From the NCBI RefSeq assembly GCF_020745735.1, contig NC_083430.1:40414909-40478908 (forward strand): DNA of 64,000 bases, written 5' to 3'. A program made the position numbers and the translations under genes. Shown in pieces: positions 13,580 to 25,215 of the stretch. Numbering within the stretch: position 1 is the stretch's first letter; each line of letters begins with the position of its first letter. The notes beneath the pieces were generated by a model. That model saw only the letters and a list, made by a program, of their open reading frames with translations. It did no database searches and was not told where the DNA came from. The DNA is from Hemiscyllium ocellatum. Taxonomy: Eukaryota.

Positions 13580-13977
13580 ACATGATGTGGAGGTGCTGGT
13601 GGACAAAGTTAAAAATCATCAACATCAGGTTATAGTCCAACAGGTTCATTTGAAGTCACAAGCTTTTGGCGCGCTGCTCTTCAGCTAGCGATTGGGGCAG
13701 GATCATAATACACTGAATTATAGTAAAAGATCAACGTTTCATACAACTATGTGACGTATTGAACAAACCTAGATTGCTGTTAATTCTAAGTCATTAAAGA
13801 CTTAATAGCAATCTAGGTTTGTTCAATACATTGCATCAGTTGCATGACACTTTGATATTTTACTATAAATTGTGTCCTGTTCCGCTAACTCTCTAACGAA
13901 AGAGCAGCGCTCGGAAAGCTTCTACTTTCAAGTAAACCTGTTGGTCTTATAACCTAGTGTTGTGTGACTTTTAATTT
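13580..13977. mobile_element. Penelope-derived palindromic element (family B)
   Basis: Arms of ~185 bp inverted about ~13790-13802 (tattgaacaaacctagattgct / agcaatctaggtttgttcaata); degenerate hammerhead gagcagcgctcGGAAAGCTT. Confidence 0.7.
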
Positions 13978-14139
13978 AGCATTAGGATGCAGATTAACAT
14001 GTAAATCCCAGAACTTTTCAAGTCACAGTCCAGACATAACTTAGGTTCTATCATTGTAAAAAAAAAGTGACATCTCAGCTCAGGCAACGAAAACAACCAA
14101 AGCTGCAAACCCAAGTTGCAACTTGTTTGTTACTGTAGG

Positions 14140-14560
14140 GGTCACGGCTCACGTGATTCCCTCGGCTGCACGCCCCACCCCGATCCACCTCAACGTCACT
14201 TCCGCTGACGTAACACAGCCGCCGACAAGGAGGAGGAGGCCGTCGCCGCCGCCATCGCTAATCGCGCTCGTTATTCCGCTTCCTCGGTCCGGGCGCGCCG
14301 GGTGAGCACCTCGAGCTAATTCCGAGTCTTTCTCCGGAGTCTTCTTCGGGAATGGGACGGTTCTGCCGTTCGCCGCCTTCCTCTCCCTCAGCTCCTAACC
14401 TCATTCCAATCTCCACTGTTGCGCAGCTTCTGACCGCCGGAGCGGTGCCTGTAGGCCGCACGACCCCCCCCGCTTTCCCCGGGGATTTCCTTATTAACGG
14501 CGGCTGGCCGGCACCGGGAAGGCCTTCACTTCATATTGAGGCCCTCCACGGTTAGGGGTA
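14140..14560 (+). promoter_or_regulatory. CpG-island promoter of the ZNF706-like gene with non-coding exon 1 (~14210-14301)
   Basis: E-box TCACGTGA 14149-14156; overlapping ETS-CRE motif (GCGGAAGTGACGT on minus, 14193-14205); TGACGTAA 14206-14213; donor CGG|GTGAGC at 14302. Linkage to the exon at 22878 is inferred. Confidence 0.75.
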
Positions 14561-16019
14561 GAATTTATTCCCCTCCCGTTGGGATCCTTGGTGTCTGGAC
14601 CATGTAGTGAGGTGTTGCAGAAGGGTTTATCTTTTGTTCGGTTTCTGGCCGATATGTACAAGCTTGAAAGCTGGCGAGCGGTGGGGGTAGAGGGGAAGCA
14701 GGCAACTAACCCAGATTGTTCAGCGTAGATGTCAGTGGCTCCGTTATATTATTCACCGCAGTGCTATGTGCCCTCTGTCTCCGCTCACAACCTCTGTACT
14801 GAGTGCGAGAAGAAGCTTCATGTAGTTTGAACTCTTCACTTAAATGAGTGTAGACTGTTCAGCCCGTCAAGCTTGTTACACCACTGAGGTCATGGTCAAC
14901 AAGTATGTTGTATTTGTATCCTTTACCTCTGCCTGCTTCATCTATTTTGACATTTTTGTTCGGCCTTTATTTCGAGGCTGAAAGGTCAGCATTTCTAACA
15001 CTTTCTCTAGTTAAGTGCTTACTTGGGCTTATTATTATTAGCCTAATACTTATTAGCAATTGATTTATGGGCTGTCTCAATGTGTCTTATCTACCCTATC
15101 AACTTATTGCTGTAAACATCTAAATGAACTTACTACTTATTTTCTATATAAAGGGACTGCAAGTTTTTAGTTTGTATAGTTTGTTTGTAATTTTATCCCA
15201 GTTTGAATTAGTTCTGCAAGACCTATGAGAGAATGTAACCTTTGCGATATGGTGCTTTGAAGTGAATATTGTCTTCCAGATATCTCAGCCGAACTCTCCT
15301 GCTGTAATCTTATTACTATAACATTTCATTCCTGTTTCAAAGTAGATGAATTGCCTGATCAGTAGTGAAGGATGTGATTGAGATAGTGACTGCTTTTCAT
15401 GAGCTTAAGTCCTAAGAGTTTTAAAATCACTGTTATAATGTTTATTCAGGTCAGAAAACTTACATTGACAGCAGTGAAATGACTGAGCAGGTTACTTACC
15501 TAGATGTTGACTTGGGGTAAATAGCTGGCTGGGGCACTAAGGGTTTGCTTCACGTGGTACTGTGGGATCATAACCTAAAATGTCAGTGTTGTATTTATGT
15601 TCTCATCTTTGGAATGAGATTTGGAAGTGTGTACTACCACTGAATTGCATTTAATGTCTTGTCAGAATTTCTTTGCCCATATGTGCTTTATATGCTATTC
15701 CTTTCAACTGAAGATGACCTTGTCCCTTAAATTTTATCAAGGATATTGCCAGATAAAGAAATGTGCTGCAGCCAGCTGGAAATTACAAAATAGCATAATA
15801 TTTGAAATAGTGATGTTTCTTTGAGTGGTCATAAAATTAAAATTTCAAAGTCAAGCATGTTCCAGGTTGTAAACAAGTCCATCTTGTCTGCTTTTTTCCT
15901 CTAAATGAGCATGTATTTTAATTCCTTTTTTTATTTCAACATGATTCTAATAATCCTATTGTCACTAAGTTTATGTAAATTTTATTATGCCTGAAATTTG
16001 ATATAGTATCCCAAAGTAC

Positions 16020-16510
16020 TTCATAGGAGTGTAATGCAAGTTTTATAAAGAAACAGTTTAGAACAGTTGACCAGAAGCATGGTTAAAGAGCTTGATCTTA
16101 AAAGCTGCCTTCAAGGAGAAGAGAGGAAAAAGTTGAAGGCAATTCCAGATCTTGGGAGCAAGGCAGCTGAAAGTATAGCTGGCACTTGTGAATAAATTCT
16201 GGTATATTCGAGAGACTTGAATTGGAGGCCAGGTTTCTGGTGTTTGAAGGGGCTTGAGCAGGGCTGTGAAAGGATTTGGAAATTGAGAATTGTAACCTGA
16301 GTTGTTTAACATGCAGGTGAACAAGGCAAGAATAAAGTGTTAGGACAATGACTGCAGTGTTTGGGAAGTTGTTTAGCATAGCAGGTAGAATATGGAGGGC
16401 AGAGCAGGTGTTTGTGGAATAGTCATGGCTATTGACTTGGGGTTTCAACAGCAAATGATCCCAGACAGGAGTTGAAGAATGAATTATGAATTAGAAGTTG
16501 GCAGTCTGGA
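16020..16510 (-). mobile_element. Ancient L2-like LINE fragment
   Basis: Minus-strand translation 'TFSCLAPKIWNCL...SLKAAFKIKLF' resembles the L2 ORF2 C-terminus. Confidence 0.5.
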
Positions 16511-17329
16511 TGATAAAAAATAGTCACCTCCTACACCAGAGAACTGGTCTCAGAGGACTGGTGGCGGTTTAATCTGAGGGGTACCATGCCTTAGTGGTTG
16601 AGAAAGAGTGCTTCTCGATACACACAACCCCTGCAGGAATTGAATCCACAGCTGTTGACATTGCCCTGCATCGCAAGCCGGCCATCCACTTTATGGTCTG
16701 AATATGTAGTTGGAAGCTCAAGTCAGTGAATTGAGGCTTAGTTTTCATATTTCTCAAGGAGAGGAGTTTTATTTGTAATATTCCCATAGTGTGAATGCAT
16801 GGAATCCCAATATTTGGTCGAAAAAATTTTATCCTTGTTATGAGACAAGTAGAGGTGATAATGAAGTAGAGCTGAATGTACTTAGAAAATGTAAATAATT
16901 CCATCTTAGATGATGTGGGTGAGGGGCAGTATGGGGGTGACCAAGAGTAGATCCTTGAGAGGCAAGAGGGGTAGGGAAGCTCTTAAAAGTTGATTCTCTA
17001 GAGACAGATTAATAGAGGAGAATGGAACCAGATGAGTATTGTCACATCCAGCCAGGTGCTTGTTCTTGGAGATGAATGATGTGGTCAACTATGTCTTGTA
17101 AGGTGGGGTGAAAAGGCATAGTCTTCTATTGGAGGGAAATGGATGATGCAGCAATAGTGTGCAAGAATGGAGGAGTCTAGGTTGGTGTTTTTTTTAAAGA
17201 GTAAAATTATATATTTGAAGGATTGGGCAATTAGCATTGATGGTTAGTATTTTAGTGGCAAATAAAATTATACAAGAGGCTCTTTGGTGTATGCATTCTC
17301 AGTGGGCAAAAACTATTCTAAATATATGC

Positions 17330-18960
17330 TAGTTCCACTTTCCAACACTCAGCCTCGAATCTTCTGACCGTTCAAGTGCTTTTCCAAGTACTTTTTTAAA
17401 AAAAGGTTGGGGCTTCTAAACTTGGCTATCTGCATTCCAGATTCCCACTACCCTCAGTGAAAAGAATTTTTCTCCAATTCCCTCAACTCGCTGCCTGCCT
17501 TAAAATTATGCTCCCTGTTATCAGCCCTTCAACGAAGGGGAGCACCTGCTTTCTATTCATCTGATGCCCCTCCATCTTGAGCACCACAATCAGGTCCCCT
17601 CTCAGCCTTTGCTGCTCTAAAGAAAACAAATCACACCTATCCAGCTTCTCTTTGCCTGGAATGGAACAGTTTATCTACAATGTCCTGGTGAATCTCCTCT
17701 GCACCCCCTTTTTTTAAACCAGTGACCAGAATTGTACACAGTATTCCACTTGTGATCAGTCCTGTACAACTCCAGCATTAGCTCCCAGCTCTTATAATCT
17801 GCCATAATTGATAAAAGAAAGTGTTATGTCTTTTTAACTACCCTATAACATGTCTTGCTACCTTCAGTGATCTGTGGACAAGTCTGTCAAGGTTCTTGTT
17901 TCTCTGCACTTTCCACTGACCTCATTGAGTAGTCTCTTGTCTTGTTACTACTAAAATTAATTACTTCTCACTTCAGGATTTAAGTTCCATCTGACCAGTT
18001 TAACTATATCCTCTAACAAGACCGCCTTCCTCACTGTAATCTCTTTGTAATCTTCAAACTTTCTCAAGCGCACACAACCATCCATTCCCAGCCCTGATAT
18101 GGAAGATGTTTTCTCCTACATCACTTATCTATCATGAACAACAAAGGGCGCAACACTGACACTGGCTTCCAGTCATGCAAGCATCAACCTCTGTCTCCTA
18201 CCACTAAACCAGTTTTGGATCCAAGTTGCCCTGGATTTACCACCTTAATTAAGAGGGACCTTGTTAAGGGCTTTGTTGAATTTTACATAAACTACATGAA
18301 CTGTACTACCCTCACCTACAAACCTCCTCACCTCACAAAATTCAATTCAGTTTATTAGACACGACCTTCCTCTGACAAAACTATGCTGGCTACCCCTGAC
18401 CAAACCCTGTCTGTCCAAACTGGAGGATAATTCTCTGCTACAAAATATTTCCCAGTAGTTTCCCAACCACTTATGTCACTGATCTGTAATTCCCTCGTTT
18501 ATCTCTACTTTTATTGAAGTGGAACCGCGTTAGCTGTCTTCTGGCCCCTCCCCTGTGGCCGGAAGGGGATTAAAAATTTGGGTCAGAGCCCCTGTAACTT
18601 CCTCATCTCCAAAGCAGCCTGAGATTCAAATCATCCAGACTTGGCGGGTTGTCTATTTTTGACCCTGTCCATATTTCAATACCTTTTTCTCTCCCTATGT
18701 CAAACAGCTCAAGCGCCTCTTTCTGAACCTACATCCTTCAATGGGAAGGCAGACATGAAGTACTTGTTTAGCAACCTACCAATGTCCTCTGTCTCCATGC
18801 ACAGATTTTCCCCTTGGTCCCTAATTGCCTTTATTCCTTCCCTGAGTAACCTCTTCTGCTAGACATACTTGTGTAATATTTTGGGGTTCCCTTAATCTTT
18901 GGCAAAGCTTTTTCATGGTTGCTGTTTGATCTCCTAATTTCTTGTTTTCCCCTGCCCTTC
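17330..18960 (-). mobile_element. Old CR1-like LINE fragment
   Basis: Reverse complement of CR1 ORF2 motifs (gaccagaattgtacacagtattcca; gactggaagcc), heavily degraded. Confidence 0.65.
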
Positions 18961-20044
18961 TGATATCCACTCAAACACCTCGTGTTTGAGGAACAGGAGG
19001 TTGGACTCGAGCAATCTCAATTTGAAAATGGTGTGATTGGAGATGCAGAAAGATGTTTAGTGGGGGATGGGCCTTTGCAAGAAGGGCAACATTGTATGTT
19101 GTCACTAAATTTGAGACCAGCCAGAGTCCATAAGGTTTGACAAATGTTTGAATTCCTACCGCAAATGGCAGTCCAGTTGTGCTCCACTTCCATTTAAGTC
19201 GGTCTTATGAACTTAATGCACATGTTAATGTGCACCTGATCAGGAGGACAGTCAGGATGAGGGAGAGTAAAGTTTTTGATAGATGACGTCAAAGATGAAG
19301 CTGAGGGCGTCATTGAGAAAATCAGTAGCTTGATTTTTCTCAACAGAATTAATGGATTTTGAATTGTAAGTTGTCAGTGAAATCCATTTTTCAATGGGTC
19401 TGGTACAATTGACCTTTTGTAGGGGTTTGTGACGACTTTAAAATATATCTTCCTGTTCACTCATGAGTTTGAGTAATCAATCACTTTCATTCACTTTAAT
19501 GAATGCTTTATCAAACTGTTGACAGAGAAAGAGTTAACTATTTGTATCCATGTGTTTTTGACAAATTGAGTCTGGTCCCTTCTGAACAGCCCCTTTTCCA
19601 ATTTTGTGTAAAAGATGTTGGAAAGTGTGCACGTAAACCAGCTGTGGATTTGTGCGCACAAAACTAAGGCAAATATTTTTTTGGCCTTAGTGTGTTAAAG
19701 TTGGAAGTTAAAAATAGATATGTATCATCACACCAAGGTTACTGCTAACTTACTTAAAACCTCAGTATATTAACTATTATTTTGGAATAAAGGTGTATTA
19801 TAAACCTAGGCTACTTATCACTTAAGGTTCTTTCATTGAATAGTGAAATAGACTTGAGTTTGAATATTCTCGATTCTGTTTTCCTTGTCATGTTTAATTG
19901 TTCTTACTGCAATTTAACACTACCCCAATTTTAAAAATTGATATTCTATCTCCATATTAGCTCTGAATATTTCTGCAAAAACAGCTACTGCAGTCTCCTT
20001 CCAATTTGTGAAATCCCTTTTTACTTGCAATGCACCAAAACATT

Positions 20045-21260
20045 TTATCATAGTCATAGTCATAGAAATGGACAGCATGAAACAGACCCTTCGGTCCAAC
20101 TCGTCCATGCCAACCAGATACCCTTACCTAGTCCCATTTGCCAGCACTTGGCCCATATCCCTCAACTCTTCCTAATCGTAGACCCATCCAGATTTTAAAT
20201 GCTGTAAATGTACTATCCTCCTCCACTTCCTCCGGCAGCTTATTCCATACATGGACCTCCTTCTGTGTGGAAAAGGTTGCCCCTTAGGTCCCTTTTATAT
20301 CTTTGCTCCCTCACCCTAAACCTATGCCCTCTAATTCTGGACTCTTTCTGCCCCCCACCCCAGGGAAAATACCTTGTCTATTTATCCTATTCATGCTTCT
20401 CATGATTTTATAAACCTCTATAAAGTCACCCTTCAGCCTTTGACACTCCAGGGAAAGCAGCTTCAGCCTATTTAGCCACTTCCTATAGCTCAAATCCTCC
20501 AATCCTGGCAACATCCTTGTAAATCTTTTCTGAATCCTTTCAAGTTTCACAACATCCTTCCGATAGGAAGGAGACAAGAACTGCATGCAATATTCCAAAA
20601 GTGGTCTAACCAATGTCCTATACAGCTACAACATGACCTCCCAACTCCTATATTTATTGGTCTGACCAATAAAGGAAAGGGGGCTTGGTGGTTAGCACTG
20701 CTGCCCCTCAGCACCTGGGACCCAGGTTCAATTCCAGCCATGGGTGACTGTGTGGAGTCTGCACATTTGTGTCTGCATGGGTTTCCTCCCACAATCCAAA
20801 TGTGCAGGTTGTGAATTGGCCATGCTAAATTGCCCATGGTGTTTGGAGATGTGTAGGTTGGGTGCATATGTCAGGTAAATACAGGGTCAGGGAATGGGTC
20901 TGGGTGGGTTGCTCTTTGGAGAGTCAATATGGACTTGTTGGGCCAAAAGGCCTGTTTCTGTAGGGTTTCTAATCTCATAGAGATTCTAATCATACCAAAA
21001 CACCTTCATTATCCCATCTGCCTATGACTCTACTTTCAAGAAATTATGAACCTGCACTCCAAGATCTTTGTTCAATAACTCTCCCCAGGGCCTTACCATT
21101 AAGGGTATAAGTCCTGCTTTGATTTGATTTTTCAAAATGCAGTACCTTGCTTTTATCTAAATTAAACTCCATCTATCACTCCTCAGCCTGTTGGCCCATC
21201 TAATCAACATCCCATTGTACTGAGGTAACTTTCTTTGCTGTCTACTACACCTCCAAATGA
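20045..21260 (-). mobile_element. CR1/HER1-like LINE 3' portion with nested SINE
   Basis: ORF 20311-20613 'VRPLLEYCMQFLSPSYRKDVVKLERIQKRFTRMLPGL'; (catagt)n tail at 20048-20066. Confidence 0.9.
20680..20990 (+). mobile_element. tRNA-derived SINE (HE1/V-SINE-like)
   Basis: tggttagcactgctgcc head, B-box-like ggttcaattcc, central gtgtggagtctgcac..., and CR1-like tail gggccaaaaggcctgtttc. Confidence 0.75.
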
Positions 21261-21799
21261 CATCTAATATGACTGGAGCAAACTATCCCTTAATATTTTT
21301 GATTTGCAAGGTTGACTGTTATAACTCAGGAGGAATATGCTAATAATTAACCCTATCACATTGGAATGTACCAAATGTAAATGTTTTATGATCAAAATGT
21401 TAAGCTTGTTTTGCCTTATTACGGTTATCCAAAATAAAGCAGACGTTCATCTGGTTACTTCAGTAAATCCAGTCTTCTAATCAAAGTTATCTAAGTTACT
21501 GCAAAATTTGGTTTAATTCCTTTCGTCTCGAACACAATCACACAGGTGAGACAATACAACTCTACAGAGATAATGTGGACTTTATTTTAAGGCAAATTTT
21601 GCAGCTCTGTTTTATTTATCCACTTTTCAAGGTGACTCTACTCTATCAAAACAGGTGGCTAAAAATGCACAGACTTCTAACTTCAGTAATTACTAGTAGC
21701 TTATGCCAGCTGTGCTCACATCTCTTCAAAAACCTTTTCAATCCACTGTGCCCAAACCGCTCCCTGTTGTTGATCCTCATAGACTTTAAAGAAAATGTC

Positions 21800-22060
21800 T
21801 AGGAAGCCCAGACCAGGGATCACAGTTTGAGGTTGAGACAGGCCATTTATGGCTGAGATGAGAAGTTTCTTCACCTGAGAATGTCAAATCTATGGAGTTC
21901 TATGCATAAAGCAGTTGAAGCCAGAACATTGAATGTTTTCAGGAAAGTTAGATATTGTTCTTAGAATCAAGGGGTATGGGGGGAGAAAGCAGGAACAGGT
22001 TTGAGTTGGATGATTAGCCGTGATTGTTTTGAATGGCAGAGCAGGCTTGAATAGCCTCTT
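21800..22060 (+). mobile_element. CR1-like 3' end fragment
   Basis: ORF2 C-terminal remnants followed by gccgtgattgttttgaatggcagagcaggcttga. Confidence 0.6.
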
Positions 22061-22319
22061 AAAATTACTTTTCTAAAGTGTCTTCCCAACACAATCGTTC
22101 AGTGCCTCTCCAGTGTTGCATAATTGGTTAGTGCATAATTTTCCCATTCATATTTGTATAATCAGAATTGCTTATTCCACACTTCCTGCAGTTATCTGTG
22201 GTATCCCTTAATTTATCTTTGAACCTTTTGTTTCTTATCTACATGCCACCTGAAGATAAGTTAGCTTTTACATGCACACTGACACCCACGTGAATGGTAT
22301 AATAGCAAGCTGATTATCA

Positions 22320-22480
22320 GGCAGCAAGGTGGCTCACTGGTTAGCACTGCTGCATTGCAGTGCCAGGGAGATGGGTTTGACTGTGCTACCCTCCAGGTGC
22401 TCTGGCTTCTTCCCACAGCCCAGTATTGATATGGACTCAATCGGCTGAATGGCCTGTTTTGTGCTGTAGGGATTCTATTA
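22320..22480 (+). mobile_element. Internally deleted HE1-like SINE
   Basis: ggcagcaaggtggctcactggttagcactgctgc head and ggctgaatggcctgttttgtgctgtagggattcta tail. Confidence 0.65.
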
Positions 22481-22894
22481 TTTGAAAACTTAGTAAAGGT
22501 CAGTGCCTCTCTGTGCAACTTTTGATGGCTGGCAATGCCATAGTTAGTTTACTAGTTATTTATATACACGACTTTGTGTTATGCAGAATGCACTATATTT
22601 TTTACTTTCAAGTTTGAAATACCTTGTGGAGCAGCTCTATTCAGTGCATTGTTTCCTTGCTGTATTGATTTGCACCCTTTTAATTTTCCCAATTGGCACT
22701 CAGTAGCTGGGACTTTGTTTTAAATTTTGATAGGATATCTAAAGGTCATTTTTGTTAATATAATTTTATTAGACTGTCTTCATTTGGATTGTTTGCTTTA
22801 GTATGACAACTTAGTTTTGTATCACTTGTGACTCCTTTCCATCATGGACAGTAACTAAAACTTGCCTTTTTTGCTAGTTTTTCTGACTGTTATC

Positions 22895-23026
22895 ATGGCT
22901 CGTGGGCAGCAGAAGATACAAGCTCAGCAGAAGAATGCCAAGAGGCAAGCTGAAAAGAAAAAGGGGGGATCTGATCAAAAAGCAGCAGCAAAAGCAGCAC
23001 TTGTGCACACCTGTCCTGTCTGCAAG
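22895..23026 (+). CDS. ZNF706-like: ZNF706-like protein, coding exon 1 (MARGQQKIQAQQKNAKRQAEKKKGGSDQKAAAKAALVHTCPVCK)
   Basis: Hand translation matches the ZNF706 (4F5/SERF-type N-terminus plus C2H2 finger) family. Acceptor ttgctag ends at 22877; phase-0 donor AAG|GTAAAG at 23027. Too short to appear in the ORF track. Confidence 0.96.
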
Positions 23027-23864
23027 GTAAAGGAATAGTCTTCAAAGCACTATGGTTGCAAATGTTAGAATACCTGTCATGTTTAGATCAACTTCTGAGC
23101 TGTTGAATTCAAATTGTTCAAAATCATGGTTTTAAAAATTTGCAAAGATTCCAGATCAATTTTGCAGATTATTTTCTTAATTTGCAGTAACTTAGGTTGT
23201 TTCATGAGTTGCCAATTTGTTGGCATTTTTATTAATGTTAACAGTAGATTTTTATCAATGAGATGCTAATTAGAATTTGACTCATACAATCATATATCTT
23301 AAATGATTGTTTAACTTAGTATGGATTCAGTCAGGCTTTGCACGTTGTTTATGCCATGGCTGCTTCAGAGGAAGAGCAGCCAAACATTTTGTTCCTGAAT
23401 ACTGATGGTATGAATGTCAGTGAAGGGCACATTTGTACTTGTGCTTCTTGAGATTATGTAACCAGCCAGACAGTTTGATTTCTTGCATAAAACACAGACT
23501 GGTCATGCTTACACGTGGGAAGAGAGACTTGACTGACCGCAACTGTGAAATTGTTCCTTTTTTTTGAGTACATGACTTGAAAAGTTTCTGGATAAAATGA
23601 GAGAACTTATAGGTGAAAGCCTTGTGACTTCAACACTGGGTGTTTAGTTTAACTCCAGCACTTATTTGGGTTCCATCAATGCTTCAACCTTGACTCAGAT
23701 CAGATAGCTTTGAAACAGGCTAGGGATTCAATCCAGACTGCTCAAGTTTTAATTTATATTTGAGTAATGCTGACAGCCATTCTGAAATTCTTACCACCTA
23801 GCTTTTCCTTTTTGACTTGAAGCCACTAGGTACTGAATTTTAGCATTTGTTAGTGAGTTTTGAG

Positions 23865-23955
23865 AATATTTCTACCTTAGGTTGAGGTTCTGGATGTAGG
23901 TTTGTTTGCTGAGTTGGAAGGTTCCTTCCAGCTTGGTGAGCAAACCTACATTTAG
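23865..23955. mobile_element. Mini fold-back of the family C Penelope terminus
   Basis: atgtaggtttgtttgctgag...gtgagcaaacctacat, the same terminus as the 41477-43071 element. Confidence 0.6.
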
Positions 23956-24014
23956 TATTGGTTATTTACTTATTTATCACATACTTATCCCTACTGTTTT
24001 TTTTTCCTTTTCAG

Positions 24015-24110
24015 ACACAGATGCCAGATCCTAAAACTTTCAAACAACATTTTGAGAGTAAACACCCGAAATCTCCTTTGCCTCCTGAATTAGTTGATGT
24101 ACAGGCTTAA
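24015..24110 (+). CDS. ZNF706-like: ZNF706-like protein, coding exon 2 (TQMPDPKTFKQHFESKHPKSPLPPELVDVQA*)
   Basis: Long polypyrimidine tract and cag ending at 24014. Completes the C-x2-C-x12-H-x4-H finger; 75 aa total; TAA at 24108-24110. Confidence 0.96.
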   Translation, partial: TQMPDPKTFKQHFESKHPKSPLPPELVDVQA

Positions 24111-24423
24111 AAAGAAAATAAGACTTGGATTTGGGTGAGAAACTTTGTTTATTGCTAAGTAACCAGAAAGAAGAGTATCTGTATGCAGCTTTTAAATTCA
24201 TAACGGCTGAGCTGACATTCTCTTCAGATGAGACTTTTTTCAATAACTTGTGCAGACAATTGTTTGTGGATTTATTGCAAGTACTTGAGAATTGTGACTC
24301 AGTTTTGGCTGCTTAATTTGATGCTTGAAGTTTTTAAGTTAGAAATAAGTTAAATATAAACAAAGGACCAAGCTCCAGTAGCTACAATGTTTTGTAACTT
24401 TTCAATCTACTTTTTATTGCTTT

Positions 24424-24429
24424 AATAAA
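24424..24429 (+). terminator. Proximal poly(A) signal AATAAA of ZNF706-like
   Basis: AATAAA in a U-rich context ~310 nt after the stop codon. Confidence 0.5.
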
Positions 24430-25215
24430 ATTGCATTTTATTAACTCCATCTGGCTGGTAACTCTAACAAATCACTCAAAGGGCGATGGCATGTCTTTGA
24501 CATTTTTCCCAAAAGCAAATGCCTATATTCAACATGGCCAAATTTCTAAATCTGAAGATTGCAAGTAACTGATGATTTGTTTACCTTCGTTGTCAGTTTT
24601 TTGCACTTAAACAACATCCCAAGAATTCTACAGTTAAGGAATTTTATAACCAAGCTGATATTATAAACAGAAAATTCAGACACATGTGGCAGACTTTAAA
24701 ATACTGTAGTATTAATTTTCTAAAAATTAGCATTTTAATCAAATAACTTGAAATACTTAAGTTCCCAAATAACACATCTAGCCACCAGACATTAGCTGTC
24801 CTCCCTGACAAGTGGTCCAGCCAGCTATTGAGCAGTAGCTAACCAAATGCAGTGTAATTTCTTTTCTGGGCTGCTACTTGAGTGCTTCTGAGTGGTGCAT
24901 GGTCAGCCAGGCGATACCTATTTAAACTATATTCTATGTTCGTATTTCTAAGTGCAGTAACAAGATCGCTACCTTAGCTTGTGCAAAATTAGTCAATGAA
25001 GAGCTCAAAAATGGGGCTCTGCAATCTTTTTGTTCAAAAACTACCCTAATTTGTTTATTTTTAATAATTCAAGCTTCTGAAAAATCCAGACTCTGTTGAA
25101 ACACCCTTGCACCTTCTATTGATATCAGATATATTGTCGTTGAGGTTGAATTGTGTGTAACCTGGCATCATTAATCATGCAATCTTGAATCAAGCTTAAC
25201 TGTATAGTAATCCTG

